DNA from: an uncultured Elusimicrobia bacterium | GTDB taxonomy: Bacteria; Elusimicrobiota; Endomicrobiia; Endomicrobiales; Endomicrobiaceae | DNA: 49,520 nt | NCBI GenBank assembly: GCA_947168325.1 | Contig: CAMVLN010000001.1 | Location: 1 to 49,520, forward strand | Direction: 5' to 3' | Part shown: positions 8,985-18,168 of the stretch, one piece after another | How positions within the stretch are numbered: position 1 is the first letter of the stretch | Layout: each line of letters starts with the position of its first letter | Made by a program: the position numbers and the translations under genes | The notes under the pieces: generated by a model | Seen by the model: the letters and a program-made list of their open reading frames with translations, nothing else | What the model was told of the DNA's origin: nothing | Databases searched by the model: none

Positions 8985-9695
8985 TCAATCATTATTATTG
9001 CCGTCACTATGTAGATATTTTCTCCCTTCTTCAGAGTCAATATATTCTTTTACAGTTCCGTAAAAATTTTCTTTTCCCAAATGAAGAATTTTTGTTGCAT
9101 ATTTTAATGCAACGAAAATATCGTGTGAAATCATAACAATAGTAATTCCTATATTATTTAATTTCAAAATTAGGTCATACATTTTTTCCGTTGCACTAGG
9201 ATCAAGTCCTGAAACAGGTTCATCAAGTAAAATCATTCTTTGTGTTGCACATAAAGCTCTAGCAAGAAGCACTCTTTGTTGTTGCCCACCTGAAAGTTCT
9301 CTATAACATTTATTTTCCAAATTTTCTATTTCAAGTTTTTTCATGTTATGAAAGGCAAGAGCTTTATCTCTTTTTGAATAAAAAAACTTTCTTTTTAATT
9401 TTGTTTGACAGCCTGATAAAACAATTTCTTTTACAGATGCAGGAAAATCTTTTTGAATAATACTTTGTTGCGGAAGATAACCTATTTCAGAAGGAATTAA
9501 ACCATCTGAATAAATTATATTACCCGATAAAACTGGCTGCAAGTGCAGGATAGTTCTCATAAGGGTAGTCTTTCCTGCACCATTTTTGCCTACAATACAC
9601 AAATAATCACCCTTATTTATTTCAAACCTTAAATTATTAATAAGCACATTATTTTTATAACCTAACGATAAATTGTTACATTTAATTTCTGCCAT
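8985..9695 (-). CDS. znuC: Metal (Zn/Mn-type) ABC transporter ATP-binding protein
   Basis: Walker A GKNGAGKTT, ABC signature LSGGQQQR, Walker B ILLDEP. Lies 5 nt after the znuA stop. Confidence 0.85.
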   Translation of the reverse strand: MAEIKCNNLSLGYKNNVLINNLRFEINKGDYLCIVGKNGAGKTTLMRTILHLQPVLSGNIIYSDGLIPSEIGYLPQQSIIQKDFPASVKEIVLSGCQTKLKRKFFYSKRDKALAFHNMKKLEIENLENKCYRELSGGQQQRVLLARALCATQRMILLDEPVSGLDPSATEKMYDLILKLNNIGITIVMISHDIFVALKYATKILHLGKENFYGTVKEYIDSEEGRKYLHSDGNNND

Positions 9696-9700
9696 AAATC

Positions 9701-10753
9701 TTATTTTAAAGATTGTGATAATACATCAATATTTTGTTCCATTATAGATATATATGAGATTCCTTTTTCAATATCTTGTGCCGTTATTGATTGCATTGAA
9801 TTTATAACAGCAATGTTTTGATTTTTTGATTTTGTATTTTGTATTATCGTTTGAGCAATTTTATGATTATTTCCTTCTATAGTTAAAATAGTATTAAGTT
9901 TAAGTTCATCTACTTTTTTAGCTAAAAAAATTATTGTTTCAAAAGAAGCTTCCGATTCTGCACTGCACCCTGCAAAAGCAGCAAAATATTTTAGACCATA
10001 ATCATCAACTAAATAACGAAACGGGAATCTATCTCCAAAAAGAATTGTTTTCATTGAAGAAGAATCTACGACATGTTTATACTTTAAATCTAAATCAGTT
10101 AATCTATCAATATAATCTTTTACATTATTTTTATAAGTATTGGCATTTGCACTATCTTTTATACAAATAACTTCTGCTATTTTTTTAACAAAAATTTTGG
10201 CATTTCTTAAAGATAACCAAACATGTTCATCATATTCTTTTACATCACTATCATGATTATGTTTATCACGATGCTTATTATGATAGTCTTTCGGTTCCTC
10301 TAGGTATTTATGTCCATGTTCATTATCATGTTCTTCTTCCTGCATACCTTCAACCGTTTCTTCTTCTTTTGCAAGTTTAAGTTCTTCTAACAAATTAAGA
10401 AGATTTATAACCGTTATATTTTTATTAACAGTTTTTTCTAACACTTCTTCTATCCATTCATCTGATTCTCCTCCAACATAAATAAAGATATCACTATTAG
10501 AAATTTTTATAATGTCATCCGCACTTGGTTGATAACTGTGTAAATCAGTTCCAGCATTATAAAGCATTGTAATATTAAAATTGGAAAATTTATCTCCTAT
10601 AATATTTTTTACCCAGTCATATTCTGGAAAAATTGTAGTTACGATACTAATTTTTTTACTATTTGTTTTTATGTTTGCAGGGTTATTGTTGCTACAAGAT
10701 ACAAAACTTACAAGTATTACCAAAAAAATAATACAATAAATAAAGTGTTTCAT
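9701..10753 (-). CDS. znuA: Zinc ABC transporter substrate-binding lipoprotein (ZnuA/TroA cluster 9 family) with His-rich loop
   Basis: Lipoprotein signal ...LVSFVSC. His/Asp/Glu-rich loop EEEHDNEHGHKYLEEPKDYHNKHRDKHNHDSDVKEYDEH, typical of ZnuA. SD AAGGAGA lies upstream of the ATG. Confidence 0.85.
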   Translation of the reverse strand: MKHFIYCIIFLVILVSFVSCSNNNPANIKTNSKKISIVTTIFPEYDWVKNIIGDKFSNFNITMLYNAGTDLHSYQPSADDIIKISNSDIFIYVGGESDEWIEEVLEKTVNKNITVINLLNLLEELKLAKEEETVEGMQEEEHDNEHGHKYLEEPKDYHNKHRDKHNHDSDVKEYDEHVWLSLRNAKIFVKKIAEVICIKDSANANTYKNNVKDYIDRLTDLDLKYKHVVDSSSMKTILFGDRFPFRYLVDDYGLKYFAAFAGCSAESEASFETIIFLAKKVDELKLNTILTIEGNNHKIAQTIIQNTKSKNQNIAVINSMQSITAQDIEKGISYISIMEQNIDVLSQSLK

Positions 10754-10807
10754 TTAATATATCTCCTTGAAGAAACTGTGCTTGTTCTTATGAGAAAAAA
10801 TCTATTT

Positions 10808-10852
10808 TATCCGTGATAGTCATACGGATAATAACGGCAAAAACATGTTTTT
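10808..10852 (-). promoter_or_regulatory. Two inverted repeats upstream of znuA (candidate operator and/or terminator of the upstream mini-ORF)
   Basis: TATCCGT-n9-ACGGATA at 10808-10830. Perfect 14-bp palindrome AAAAACATGTTTTT at 10839-10852. They lie 55-100 bp upstream of the znuA ATG. Confidence 0.3.
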
Positions 10853-10866
10853 TGTTTCAAGGAGAT

Positions 10867-11183
10867 TCAATTGATTAGACAAGTTTTTTGTATTGTTAAA
10901 GAATTGCTTAAAAGAAGAATAATTTTAGAAAACACATATATAGAAGATATGTGCAGTATTTCACAACACCAAGATACTATGTTTTGAGTCAAATCAGTTG
11001 ATTGAAAATTGTTGTTAACTATACTAACAACAGCACATATAGGACAGTTTTTTTCGCAACAATCATGATGAATTTCATGTGCTGATAAAAAAGAAAAAAC
11101 AAAAGACGATACTAAAATAAAAGCACTTATTATAATAGTAAATATTTTAGTTTTTACATCAAAAAAAATTGTTCTTTTATCAT
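10867..11183 (-). pseudogene. Small membrane protein with HEIHHDCCEKNCPIC motif, out of frame with its ATG across a T8 tract
   Basis: The ATG at 11183 (AAGGT upstream) gives MIKEQFFLM-stop. The next frame reads DVKTKIFTIIISAFILVSSFVFSFLSAHEIHHDCCEKNCPICAVV...WCCEIL...TCLIN to the TGA at 10867-10869, with no ATG/GTG/TTG start. One extra T in the T8 run (A8 at 11161-11168 on plus) would fuse the two frames. Confidence 0.4.
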
Positions 11184-11468
11184 AAATTTATTACCTTATG
11201 GTTTTATAAATGAATGTTATCTGTATTATACTTAAAATAAAATTGTTAAGTCAAAAAACAAAACATAGTAAATAAACTCCATATGGTATACAAACAAGTA
11301 TCTTATAGAAATATATAGCTTATCTTTTTACATTCACTCATAGAAACATATATATACAACTGTACCTGCTTTTATTTATGTATATAAATTAGTTTTAAAT
11401 ATTACTTTTTTGCTCTTTTATGTATTTTCACCACTTAAGTCCCAACAAAAATTAACTACTGGTAATTT

Positions 11469-12599
11469 TTAGAAACTTATATGCATTCTTATTGTTCCTA
11501 CATAAGCAGTGTTATCTTGCTGATTGTAGTAAGGGTTTTCTACAACTTGAAAATCTGGACTAATTGACAAGTAATCAGCAACTTTCCAATTATAATAAAG
11601 TTCTAAATGGTTTTCACTTTTTGCATTATTATTTATGTTATCTTTATATTCATTTGAAGGTATTATCTGCCCATAAGCTATTGCAACTACATCTTCATCT
11701 CCTATACCTTTTACTTTTGCCTGTAAACCTAAACTCCATGTATTTGAAGCATATATTTCATTATCAATATCTCCTCTGCTCCAACTATATCTTGCAAATG
11801 CACCTAAAATATCAGTAAATTGCTGGTCTAAACTTAAACCTAAACCATAATTTTTTTCATTGCCTTTTCCTGTCCCATCAAGTTTAATATTATCGTTTGT
11901 ATTTGCCCAACCATAAATTCTATAGTTCCCTTCTTTTTCATTTATAAAACCTGGTTTAAAATTTACTTGTAGAGATGTAAATCCATTTCTAGTTATATCT
12001 TTACAATCGCTTGCATCAACATATTGAACTGCAAAATCTACAATATCAGTTTCATAAGTTCCTTTTATGCCGAACGAATTATCTGAAAAATTTATATTTA
12101 CAGCATTTTTAAACACATTGCCTATAAATTGTTCTTTTTCATCATTTGCATAAGAATTATTATCTACAGCATCTGCTGGATTTATAATACCTACAGTAAC
12201 TACAAATTTATCTGTAAATTTATGGTTAAGCCATGCTTCTGTTACACTAACAACACCACTATCATTTGCACCAGCATTTATACCTGCAACAGAATTTAAA
12301 TAATAATTGATATTTCCTTTTCCTGTTTCTAAATGAATAAATGCAGTGTTATTGTTATCAAACTTTTTTTCAATAGTTAAATCTATACTATATTGACCGA
12401 TTGTGGGAGTTTTGTTTTTATCTAACATATTTCCTTCGTCATCTTCTGCTTTATTTGCATTTTGTAAATTTTGTAAATTTAATGTAACTCCTCCACCGAT
12501 TGTTAATCCCTTTAAAAAATTAGTTTCTGCTGCATAAATGGAACTTGCTAAATACATTGTTACTGCAAAGAACAACATACATTGTACTACTTTCTTCAT
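11469..12599 (-). CDS. Outer-membrane beta-barrel porin, OprB-like (candidate iron-uptake porin)
   Basis: Signal peptide MKKVVQCMLFFAVTMYLASSIYA. Alternating beta-strand pattern and a terminal ...RMHISF (C-terminal Phe). SD AAGGAGAAG. Only 32 nt after the feo cluster, with no terminator between. Confidence 0.7.
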   Translation of the reverse strand: MKKVVQCMLFFAVTMYLASSIYAAETNFLKGLTIGGGVTLNLQNLQNANKAEDDEGNMLDKNKTPTIGQYSIDLTIEKKFDNNNTAFIHLETGKGNINYYLNSVAGINAGANDSGVVSVTEAWLNHKFTDKFVVTVGIINPADAVDNNSYANDEKEQFIGNVFKNAVNINFSDNSFGIKGTYETDIVDFAVQYVDASDCKDITRNGFTSLQVNFKPGFINEKEGNYRIYGWANTNDNIKLDGTGKGNEKNYGLGLSLDQQFTDILGAFARYSWSRGDIDNEIYASNTWSLGLQAKVKGIGDEDVVAIAYGQIIPSNEYKDNINNNAKSENHLELYYNWKVADYLSISPDFQVVENPYYNQQDNTAYVGTIRMHISF

Positions 12600-12631
12600 T
12601 TTTTCTTCTTCTCCTTTGTTATATTTTTAAA

Positions 12632-12817
12632 TTATTTTTTATTCTTATCTTTTCGCATAAGTAGTGTTATACAATTATTACTTTTAGAACAACTTTTACA
12701 GTTGTTGTCACATCCGCACCCACAACTACATTTTCCAATTTTTAGTTGATTATATATTTTTTTAAAAAGGACAACAACACAAAGCACTACTATTAATAAA
12801 ACTAACAATTTTTCCAT
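12632..12817 (-). CDS. FeoB-associated Cys-rich membrane protein
   Basis: MEKLLVLLIVVLCVVVLF (TM segment) followed by CSCGCGCDNNCKSCSKSNNC. GGAGG SD lies upstream of the ATG at 12817; the track start at 12856 is an upstream extension. Lies directly downstream of feoB. Confidence 0.75.
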   Translation of the reverse strand: MEKLLVLLIVVLCVVVLFKKIYNQLKIGKCSCGCGCDNNCKSCSKSNNCITLLMRKDKNKK

Positions 12818-12898
12818 GCTATTACCTCCAACTATTTCTTTTGAGGTATATACCAAAAATTTCTTTTTTCCCTTTTTTTTAAAGCTATATTTGTTATA

Positions 12899-15001
12899 CT
12901 AAAAACCTAGCAACTTGCCACCTTGATATACAATTAATGCTAACAAGTATCCTAAAACTGTTGTCCATACAAACAGTATTATCAACCATTTTAATCTTGA
13001 ACCAGTCTCTCTATAGAATACCGTTATTGCAACTATACAAGGAACATAAATTAAACAAAATATTAAAAATGCTACTGATTTTAAAGGACTCCAATCTTTA
13101 TCTAGAGCAATTTTATCTGCTAAAGAGTTAATTGCTTCCTCATTTTCAACATCCGTTTCACCCATAGAATAAATAATTCCTAAAGTACTTACTACAACTT
13201 CTTTTGCAGCAAGACCTGCAATTAAGGCAATACCCATTTTACCATCAAAACCTATAGGTTTTATTATAGGTTCAATCAAATGTCCTAATCTTCCGATATA
13301 GCTTTGGTCCATTTGAACTGCAGCAACTTTTTCTTCAGAAAATTCTCCCAAATTTTCCTCATCTATTTGTGGAAAATTCAACCCTGCCCAAATAATAACA
13401 GATACCAACAATATAATGGTCCCTGCTTTTTTAAGATACATCCAACCTCTTTCCCACATTTTAATTAAAAGACTTTTTAATGTAGGAACTCTATAAGGGG
13501 GAAGTTCCATAACAAAATATCCCGGTTCACTTTTAAATAAAGTTTTCTTGAATACCCATGCAGAAAATAGTGCTATAACTACACTTAATGCATAAAAAAC
13601 AAACATTGTGTTTGCTGCTTGTGTTGAACTTTTACTAAAAAATGCCGCTATAAATAGTGCAAATATGGGAAGTTTTGCACCACATATCATAAAAGGTGTA
13701 ACTAGTAGTGTAATAATTCTATCCTTAGGATTATCTATAGTTCTTGTAGACATCATTGCAGGAACAGCACAGCCATTAGTTGCAATAAGTAATGAAGCAA
13801 ACGATTTTCCGTGAAGGCCAAACTTTCTCATCACTCTATCCATAATAAATACTGCTCTTGCCATATATCCGGTATCTTCAAAAAAGGCAATAGCAAAAAA
13901 CATACATACAATTTGAGGGAAAAAACCTAAAACTCCACCTACCCCACCAATTATACCATCTACTATTAATGACTGGAAAATTCCATCAGGAATTATTCCT
14001 TTTGCTAAATTTGAAAGCCATTCAATACCAGCTTCAAAACAACTTACAATAGGTTCAGAAACTGTAAATGCAAACTGGAAAATAATATACATTACCAACA
14101 AGAATATAGGAACAGACCAAATTTTATTCAAAACAATTTTATCTATTGTTTCCGATAAATCTTTTTTTGCATCTTTTGTCTTTAATAAAACATCGTCAAC
14201 AACAATTTTTATCCAATCATAAATTTTATCTGCAAAAACAGCTTCAAGATTTTCATTATATAAATCAAATATTTTCTTGTTACTTTGTTCTACTTGTTCA
14301 ATTATTTTTGAATAATCTTTAGAATTTTTAATTTTTTCTAAAGCATAAGCTTCTTTTTTTATTAACTCTACAGATAAAAAGTTAATAGGATATTTTTTTA
14401 TAAGATTTAAATCTTTAGATATAACTTGGCAAATTGTATCTTTTTCTTTATTGATTTTGTCACCATAATCTATTGAAACTAGATTAATATTTTTTTTCTT
14501 ATTTAAAACATTTATCACTGTATTTAAAAGTTCAAAAGTTCCTTTATTTTTACTTGCAACTATAGGAACCGCAACTACATTATATTTTTCTTCTAACTTT
14601 TTATAATCTATCTTTTGTCCTTTATTTTCCAAAATATCAGTCATATTCATTGCAATTATAATTGGAATTTTTAGCTCTGATAATTGTGCATACAAATAAA
14701 GATTTCTTTCAAGATTTGAAGAATCTACAACATCTATTATAAGTTCAGGTTTTTCTTCAATTAAAACATTTCTTGCCACAACTTCATCTTCAGAACTTGC
14801 AGATAAACCATAAATACCGGGCAAATCTATAACTTGAAGTTCATAACCATCTTTTGTTATAACTGCTTCTTTCTTTTCTACAGTAACACCAGGATAATTT
14901 CCCACATGTTGCCTTAAACCTGTTATATTGTTAAACAAACTTGATTTTCCACAGTTTGGATTCCCTGCCAAACATATTTTTACTTTTTTTATGCTTTCCA
15001 C
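12899..15001 (-). CDS. feoB: Ferrous iron transporter FeoB
   Basis: N-terminal G-domain GNPNCGKSSLFN, DLPG, NMTD. Long polytopic C-terminal permease. GTG start 5 nt after the feoA stop, with AGAGGTG as SD. Confidence 0.95.
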   Translation of the reverse strand: MESIKKVKICLAGNPNCGKSSLFNNITGLRQHVGNYPGVTVEKKEAVITKDGYELQVIDLPGIYGLSASSEDEVVARNVLIEEKPELIIDVVDSSNLERNLYLYAQLSELKIPIIIAMNMTDILENKGQKIDYKKLEEKYNVVAVPIVASKNKGTFELLNTVINVLNKKKNINLVSIDYGDKINKEKDTICQVISKDLNLIKKYPINFLSVELIKKEAYALEKIKNSKDYSKIIEQVEQSNKKIFDLYNENLEAVFADKIYDWIKIVVDDVLLKTKDAKKDLSETIDKIVLNKIWSVPIFLLVMYIIFQFAFTVSEPIVSCFEAGIEWLSNLAKGIIPDGIFQSLIVDGIIGGVGGVLGFFPQIVCMFFAIAFFEDTGYMARAVFIMDRVMRKFGLHGKSFASLLIATNGCAVPAMMSTRTIDNPKDRIITLLVTPFMICGAKLPIFALFIAAFFSKSSTQAANTMFVFYALSVVIALFSAWVFKKTLFKSEPGYFVMELPPYRVPTLKSLLIKMWERGWMYLKKAGTIILLVSVIIWAGLNFPQIDEENLGEFSEEKVAAVQMDQSYIGRLGHLIEPIIKPIGFDGKMGIALIAGLAAKEVVVSTLGIIYSMGETDVENEEAINSLADKIALDKDWSPLKSVAFLIFCLIYVPCIVAITVFYRETGSRLKWLIILFVWTTVLGYLLALIVYQGGKLLGF

Positions 15002-15006
15002 TTCAT

Positions 15007-15231
15007 TTACACCTCTTTTACTAAAATTTTGGCTGCACTGTTGGTATCAAGTGCTATTTTTCCACCTTTTAACAAAACTGTTACAAAACCTGATTTTATA
15101 TCTCTTAAAATTTTTAATCTTTCTCCTGGCACAAAACCTAAATCTATTAACTTTTTTCTTTCGTCTATAGCTACATTATCAAAAGCCAAAAATCTTAAAA
15201 GTGTATTTTCTTTTCCATTTAATAATGTCAT
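15007..15231 (-). CDS. feoA: FeoA family protein (second copy)
   Basis: 74-aa SH3-like FeoA pattern (LIDLGFVPGERLKIL...G.V.V.L.G.KIAL) directly upstream of feoB. Confidence 0.85.
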   Translation of the reverse strand: MTLLNGKENTLLRFLAFDNVAIDERKKLIDLGFVPGERLKILRDIKSGFVTVLLKGGKIALDTNSAAKILVKEV

Positions 15232-15233
15232 AA

Positions 15234-15464
15234 TTAATCCTCCACTACAATTTTAGAAGCTTCATCTTTTCTTAAACTTAAATTATAACCTCTTATTGTT
15301 ACTTCTATAGGATCGCCTAAAACAGATTTTTTTGTTACAACAACATCTACACCTTTTAAAATGCCCATAGAAAGTAATTTTTTTGTTAAAACAGAATCTG
15401 TTGCTGTTATCTTTTGAACTTTAGCAACATGATTTAATTTTAAATTGCTTAAAACCATCTCCAT
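15234..15464 (-). CDS. feoA: FeoA family protein (first copy)
   Basis: 76-aa FeoA pattern (LLSMGILKGVDVVV...GDPIEVTIRGYNLSLRKDEA). SD GGAG upstream. Confidence 0.85.
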   Translation of the reverse strand: MEMVLSNLKLNHVAKVQKITATDSVLTKKLLSMGILKGVDVVVTKKSVLGDPIEVTIRGYNLSLRKDEASKIVVED

Positions 15465-15537
15465 TTTTTTCTCCTATTATATTTTTAGTTTTTATTATAA
15501 ATATTAGTTTTGCCTAACTTTAAAACTTAAAAATAAT

Positions 15538-15555
15538 AAAGCACTGAAGTGCTTT
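15538..15555 (-). terminator. Probable rho-independent terminator downstream of the LPS genes
   Basis: Stem aaagcac / gtgcttt with loop tgaa. On the minus strand it is followed by attatttttaagtttt. Confidence 0.5.
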
Positions 15556-15745
15556 GTTAATAAAACATAGTTAAACGAATAAATATTTTTTAGTTTCTTA
15601 TTTAAAAGTTAGTTAAATATAACATATTTTATAAAAAAAATCAACACAATGCAGTTGTTAATAACAATATATATAATCTATAAAAAAAATAAAGAATTTG
15701 ATGTTTTTTGAGCTAAAATATATGAAAATATTACCAAAATATTTG

Positions 15746-16819
15746 TTACTGGTTAAGTTTTTTACTGACTTCACAAAAAACTTCATCAACCAAAACAAGT
15801 TTCATACAATCAACTTTTCTACAAGTTCTATTCCTGCAAGGTTGGCAAGAAACTTTCTTTTGAAATATTGTTGTAGTTTTTCCAAAAGGACCTGTTCTTT
15901 TTGCATCTGTAGGTCCAAGTATTGCAATTGCAGGAATTTTTAAAGCTGTTGCTATATGCATAGGTCCTGCTTCATTTGCAATAAACAAATTTGCAAGTTT
16001 AAATATTGCCATTAATTGTTTTAAAGTCAATTTTCCTGTTAGATTTGTTATTCTTTTGGTTTTAGATAAAGATATTATATCTTCATCTAACCCTTTTTCA
16101 CTAGCTCCACCTTCTTTGCCACCTATAAGAATAACATTAACATCAAAATTCTCGTTTATTAAATCTATAAGTTTTGCAAATTTTTCTTTTTGCCATCTTC
16201 TTGATATCCACCCTCCACCGGGATGGACTAAAACTATTTTTTTATCTAAACTTATTTTTTCTTTTTTTAATATTTCTTTAACTTCTAAAATATATTTTTC
16301 AGCTATATACAAATTATAATCTAAATTATTTATATCAACTGAACAACCAAGATATTTTGCAACTGCTAAATGTCTTTGTATACAATGTGTATCTACATTA
16401 TTTGGTTTAATTTCTTTTGAAAATAACCACGAAAATTCTCGCATACCATTAGTAGATGAAGAAGCAAGTTTATATTTTGCTCCTGCTAGTTTCACTATAA
16501 AAGCAGATTTAAAAAGACCATGAAAATCTATACTTAAATCAAATTTTTGAGCTCTTAATTTCTTATATAATTGTTTTAAATATGAAAAAGTGATATGGGT
16601 TCTATCAAAAACAATCAAATTATCAATTAAAGGATTTTCTCTTATAATTTCAGCACATCTTTCATCTGCTATCCAACTAATATGTGAATTTGGATATTCC
16701 TTCTTTATTGCTACAACTGCAGGTAAAGCAAATATTATATCTCCCATTCTACTTGGCTGAACTATTAAAATTTTTGGTTTATCGCTATTTTGTAAAAATT
16801 TTACTATATCATTTTCCAT
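15746..16819 (-). CDS. Glycosyltransferase family 9 (ADP-heptose:LPS heptosyltransferase)
   Basis: GT9 pattern: KILIVQPSRMGDIIFALP, HPGGGW, GGKEG, ANEAGPMHIA, ILGPT. The start overlaps the waaA stop (TAATG, shared nt 16819). Confidence 0.85.
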   Translation of the reverse strand: MENDIVKFLQNSDKPKILIVQPSRMGDIIFALPAVVAIKKEYPNSHISWIADERCAEIIRENPLIDNLIVFDRTHITFSYLKQLYKKLRAQKFDLSIDFHGLFKSAFIVKLAGAKYKLASSSTNGMREFSWLFSKEIKPNNVDTHCIQRHLAVAKYLGCSVDINNLDYNLYIAEKYILEVKEILKKEKISLDKKIVLVHPGGGWISRRWQKEKFAKLIDLINENFDVNVILIGGKEGGASEKGLDEDIISLSKTKRITNLTGKLTLKQLMAIFKLANLFIANEAGPMHIATALKIPAIAILGPTDAKRTGPFGKTTTIFQKKVSCQPCRNRTCRKVDCMKLVLVDEVFCEVSKKLNQ

Positions 16820-18069
16820 TACAAAAACTCTTTAATTATCTTTATATTTTTTTCTATAGCACCTCTTTGTTTTTTTACTACTTCAAAAGCTTTTTTCCCA
16901 ACATCTTCTCTAAAATTTTTATCATTTAAAAGTTTCGTGACTATATTAAAAAATTCTTTATCATTTTTAATTTCAAATGCACCATTATTTTTTAATGAAA
17001 CATACTCGCTTTCAAAATTAAACATATACTGTCCAAAAATTATTGGTTTACAATAAGCTGCTGCTTCTATTGGGTTTTGCCCACCTTTATTTACAATTGA
17101 ACCACCTATAAAAACTATATCTGATATAGAATATAAAGATTGTAATTTCCCAAATACATCTACAATTATTACATCTTTTATAGAATTTGTTATCTTAGAA
17201 AAAAGTTCAAAAGATAAATTATTCTTTTTTAATAAAGAAGAAATTTCTTGAACTCTTGAAATATGTCTTGGTGCAAGAATTAATTTTAAATTTTTAAAAT
17301 TTTCTTTTAATTTTATAAAAACTTTTATTACTGTTTCTTCCTCCCCTTCTCTTGTACTACCTGCAGTAAAGATAAAATCTTCTGGCCTAAAATATAAATA
17401 TTCTTTTGTTATAGTTTCACTTTTAAAATCTCTATCATATTTTATATTCCCTGTAATTTGAACTTTATCTTTGTTGTCTACTAATGTTATAAATCTATCA
17501 TAGTCATGTTGATTTCTAACTGAAATATAAGTAATAAGATTTAAAAAAGGTTTCCAAAAAAATTTTGTTAGTCTATAGTAAAGAAAAGAACTATTAGAAA
17601 TTCTTCCATTAACTGTAATTACTTTTGTTCCTATTTTATTTGCACAAGTTATCATGCTAGGCCAAAATTCTGTTTCAATTAGTATAAGAATTTCTGGCTT
17701 TACTTTTTTTAATATAGAAGAAATAAACGGATATAAATCTATAGGAGCAAGAGCATAATAAGAAATTCCTTCAATTTTTGAAACATATTCTCTTGCAGAT
17801 TTTGTAATAGTAGAAACTATAATATTATACTCTTTTAAATATGATATCATTGGCTCTACAGCTTTTGCTTCACCTAATGAAGCACAGTGTATCCAAACAA
17901 TTTTTTTATTTTTATCAAGTTGTGGAATATTCCAACAAGAAAGTCTTTCTTTAATACAATAAAAAAATTCTTGACGATTCTTTTTGCCTGTTAAAATAAT
18001 AAACAAAAGTATAGGAACTAAAAATATTATAATTAAACAATTGTATAAAAAAAGTAATATATTAATCAT
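16819..18069 (-). CDS. waaA: 3-deoxy-D-manno-octulosonic acid (Kdo) transferase
   Basis: N-terminal TM segment, then IVWIHCASLGEAKAVEPMI (WxHxxSxGE motif). GT-B C-terminal half with FIGGSIVNKGGQNPIEAA. Confidence 0.9.
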   Translation of the reverse strand: MINILLFLYNCLIIIFLVPILLFIILTGKKNRQEFFYCIKERLSCWNIPQLDKNKKIVWIHCASLGEAKAVEPMISYLKEYNIIVSTITKSAREYVSKIEGISYYALAPIDLYPFISSILKKVKPEILILIETEFWPSMITCANKIGTKVITVNGRISNSSFLYYRLTKFFWKPFLNLITYISVRNQHDYDRFITLVDNKDKVQITGNIKYDRDFKSETITKEYLYFRPEDFIFTAGSTREGEEETVIKVFIKLKENFKNLKLILAPRHISRVQEISSLLKKNNLSFELFSKITNSIKDVIIVDVFGKLQSLYSISDIVFIGGSIVNKGGQNPIEAAAYCKPIIFGQYMFNFESEYVSLKNNGAFEIKNDKEFFNIVTKLLNDKNFREDVGKKAFEVVKKQRGAIEKNIKIIKEFL

Positions 18070-18120
18070 ATAATTATTATATATTAAAATTTTGATATTC
18101 TTATATTATATAAAAATAAA

Positions 18121-18154
18121 AAAAGCTCCTACAAATTTTATGTAGGAGCTTTTT
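18121..18154 (-). terminator. Rho-independent terminator after reverse rubrerythrin
   Basis: 13-bp stem aaaagctcctaca / tgtaggagctttt with loop aatttta, flanked by A/T runs. On the minus strand it is followed by a T-run. Confidence 0.8.
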
Positions 18155-18168
18155 ATTTGTAGTAAAAA

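Noticed and set aside
15465-15537. Fur box upstream of feoA
   Set aside because: The AT-rich stretch AAACTAATATTTATAATAAAAAC has no convincing 19-bp or 7-1-7 palindrome, so I cannot separate it from background.
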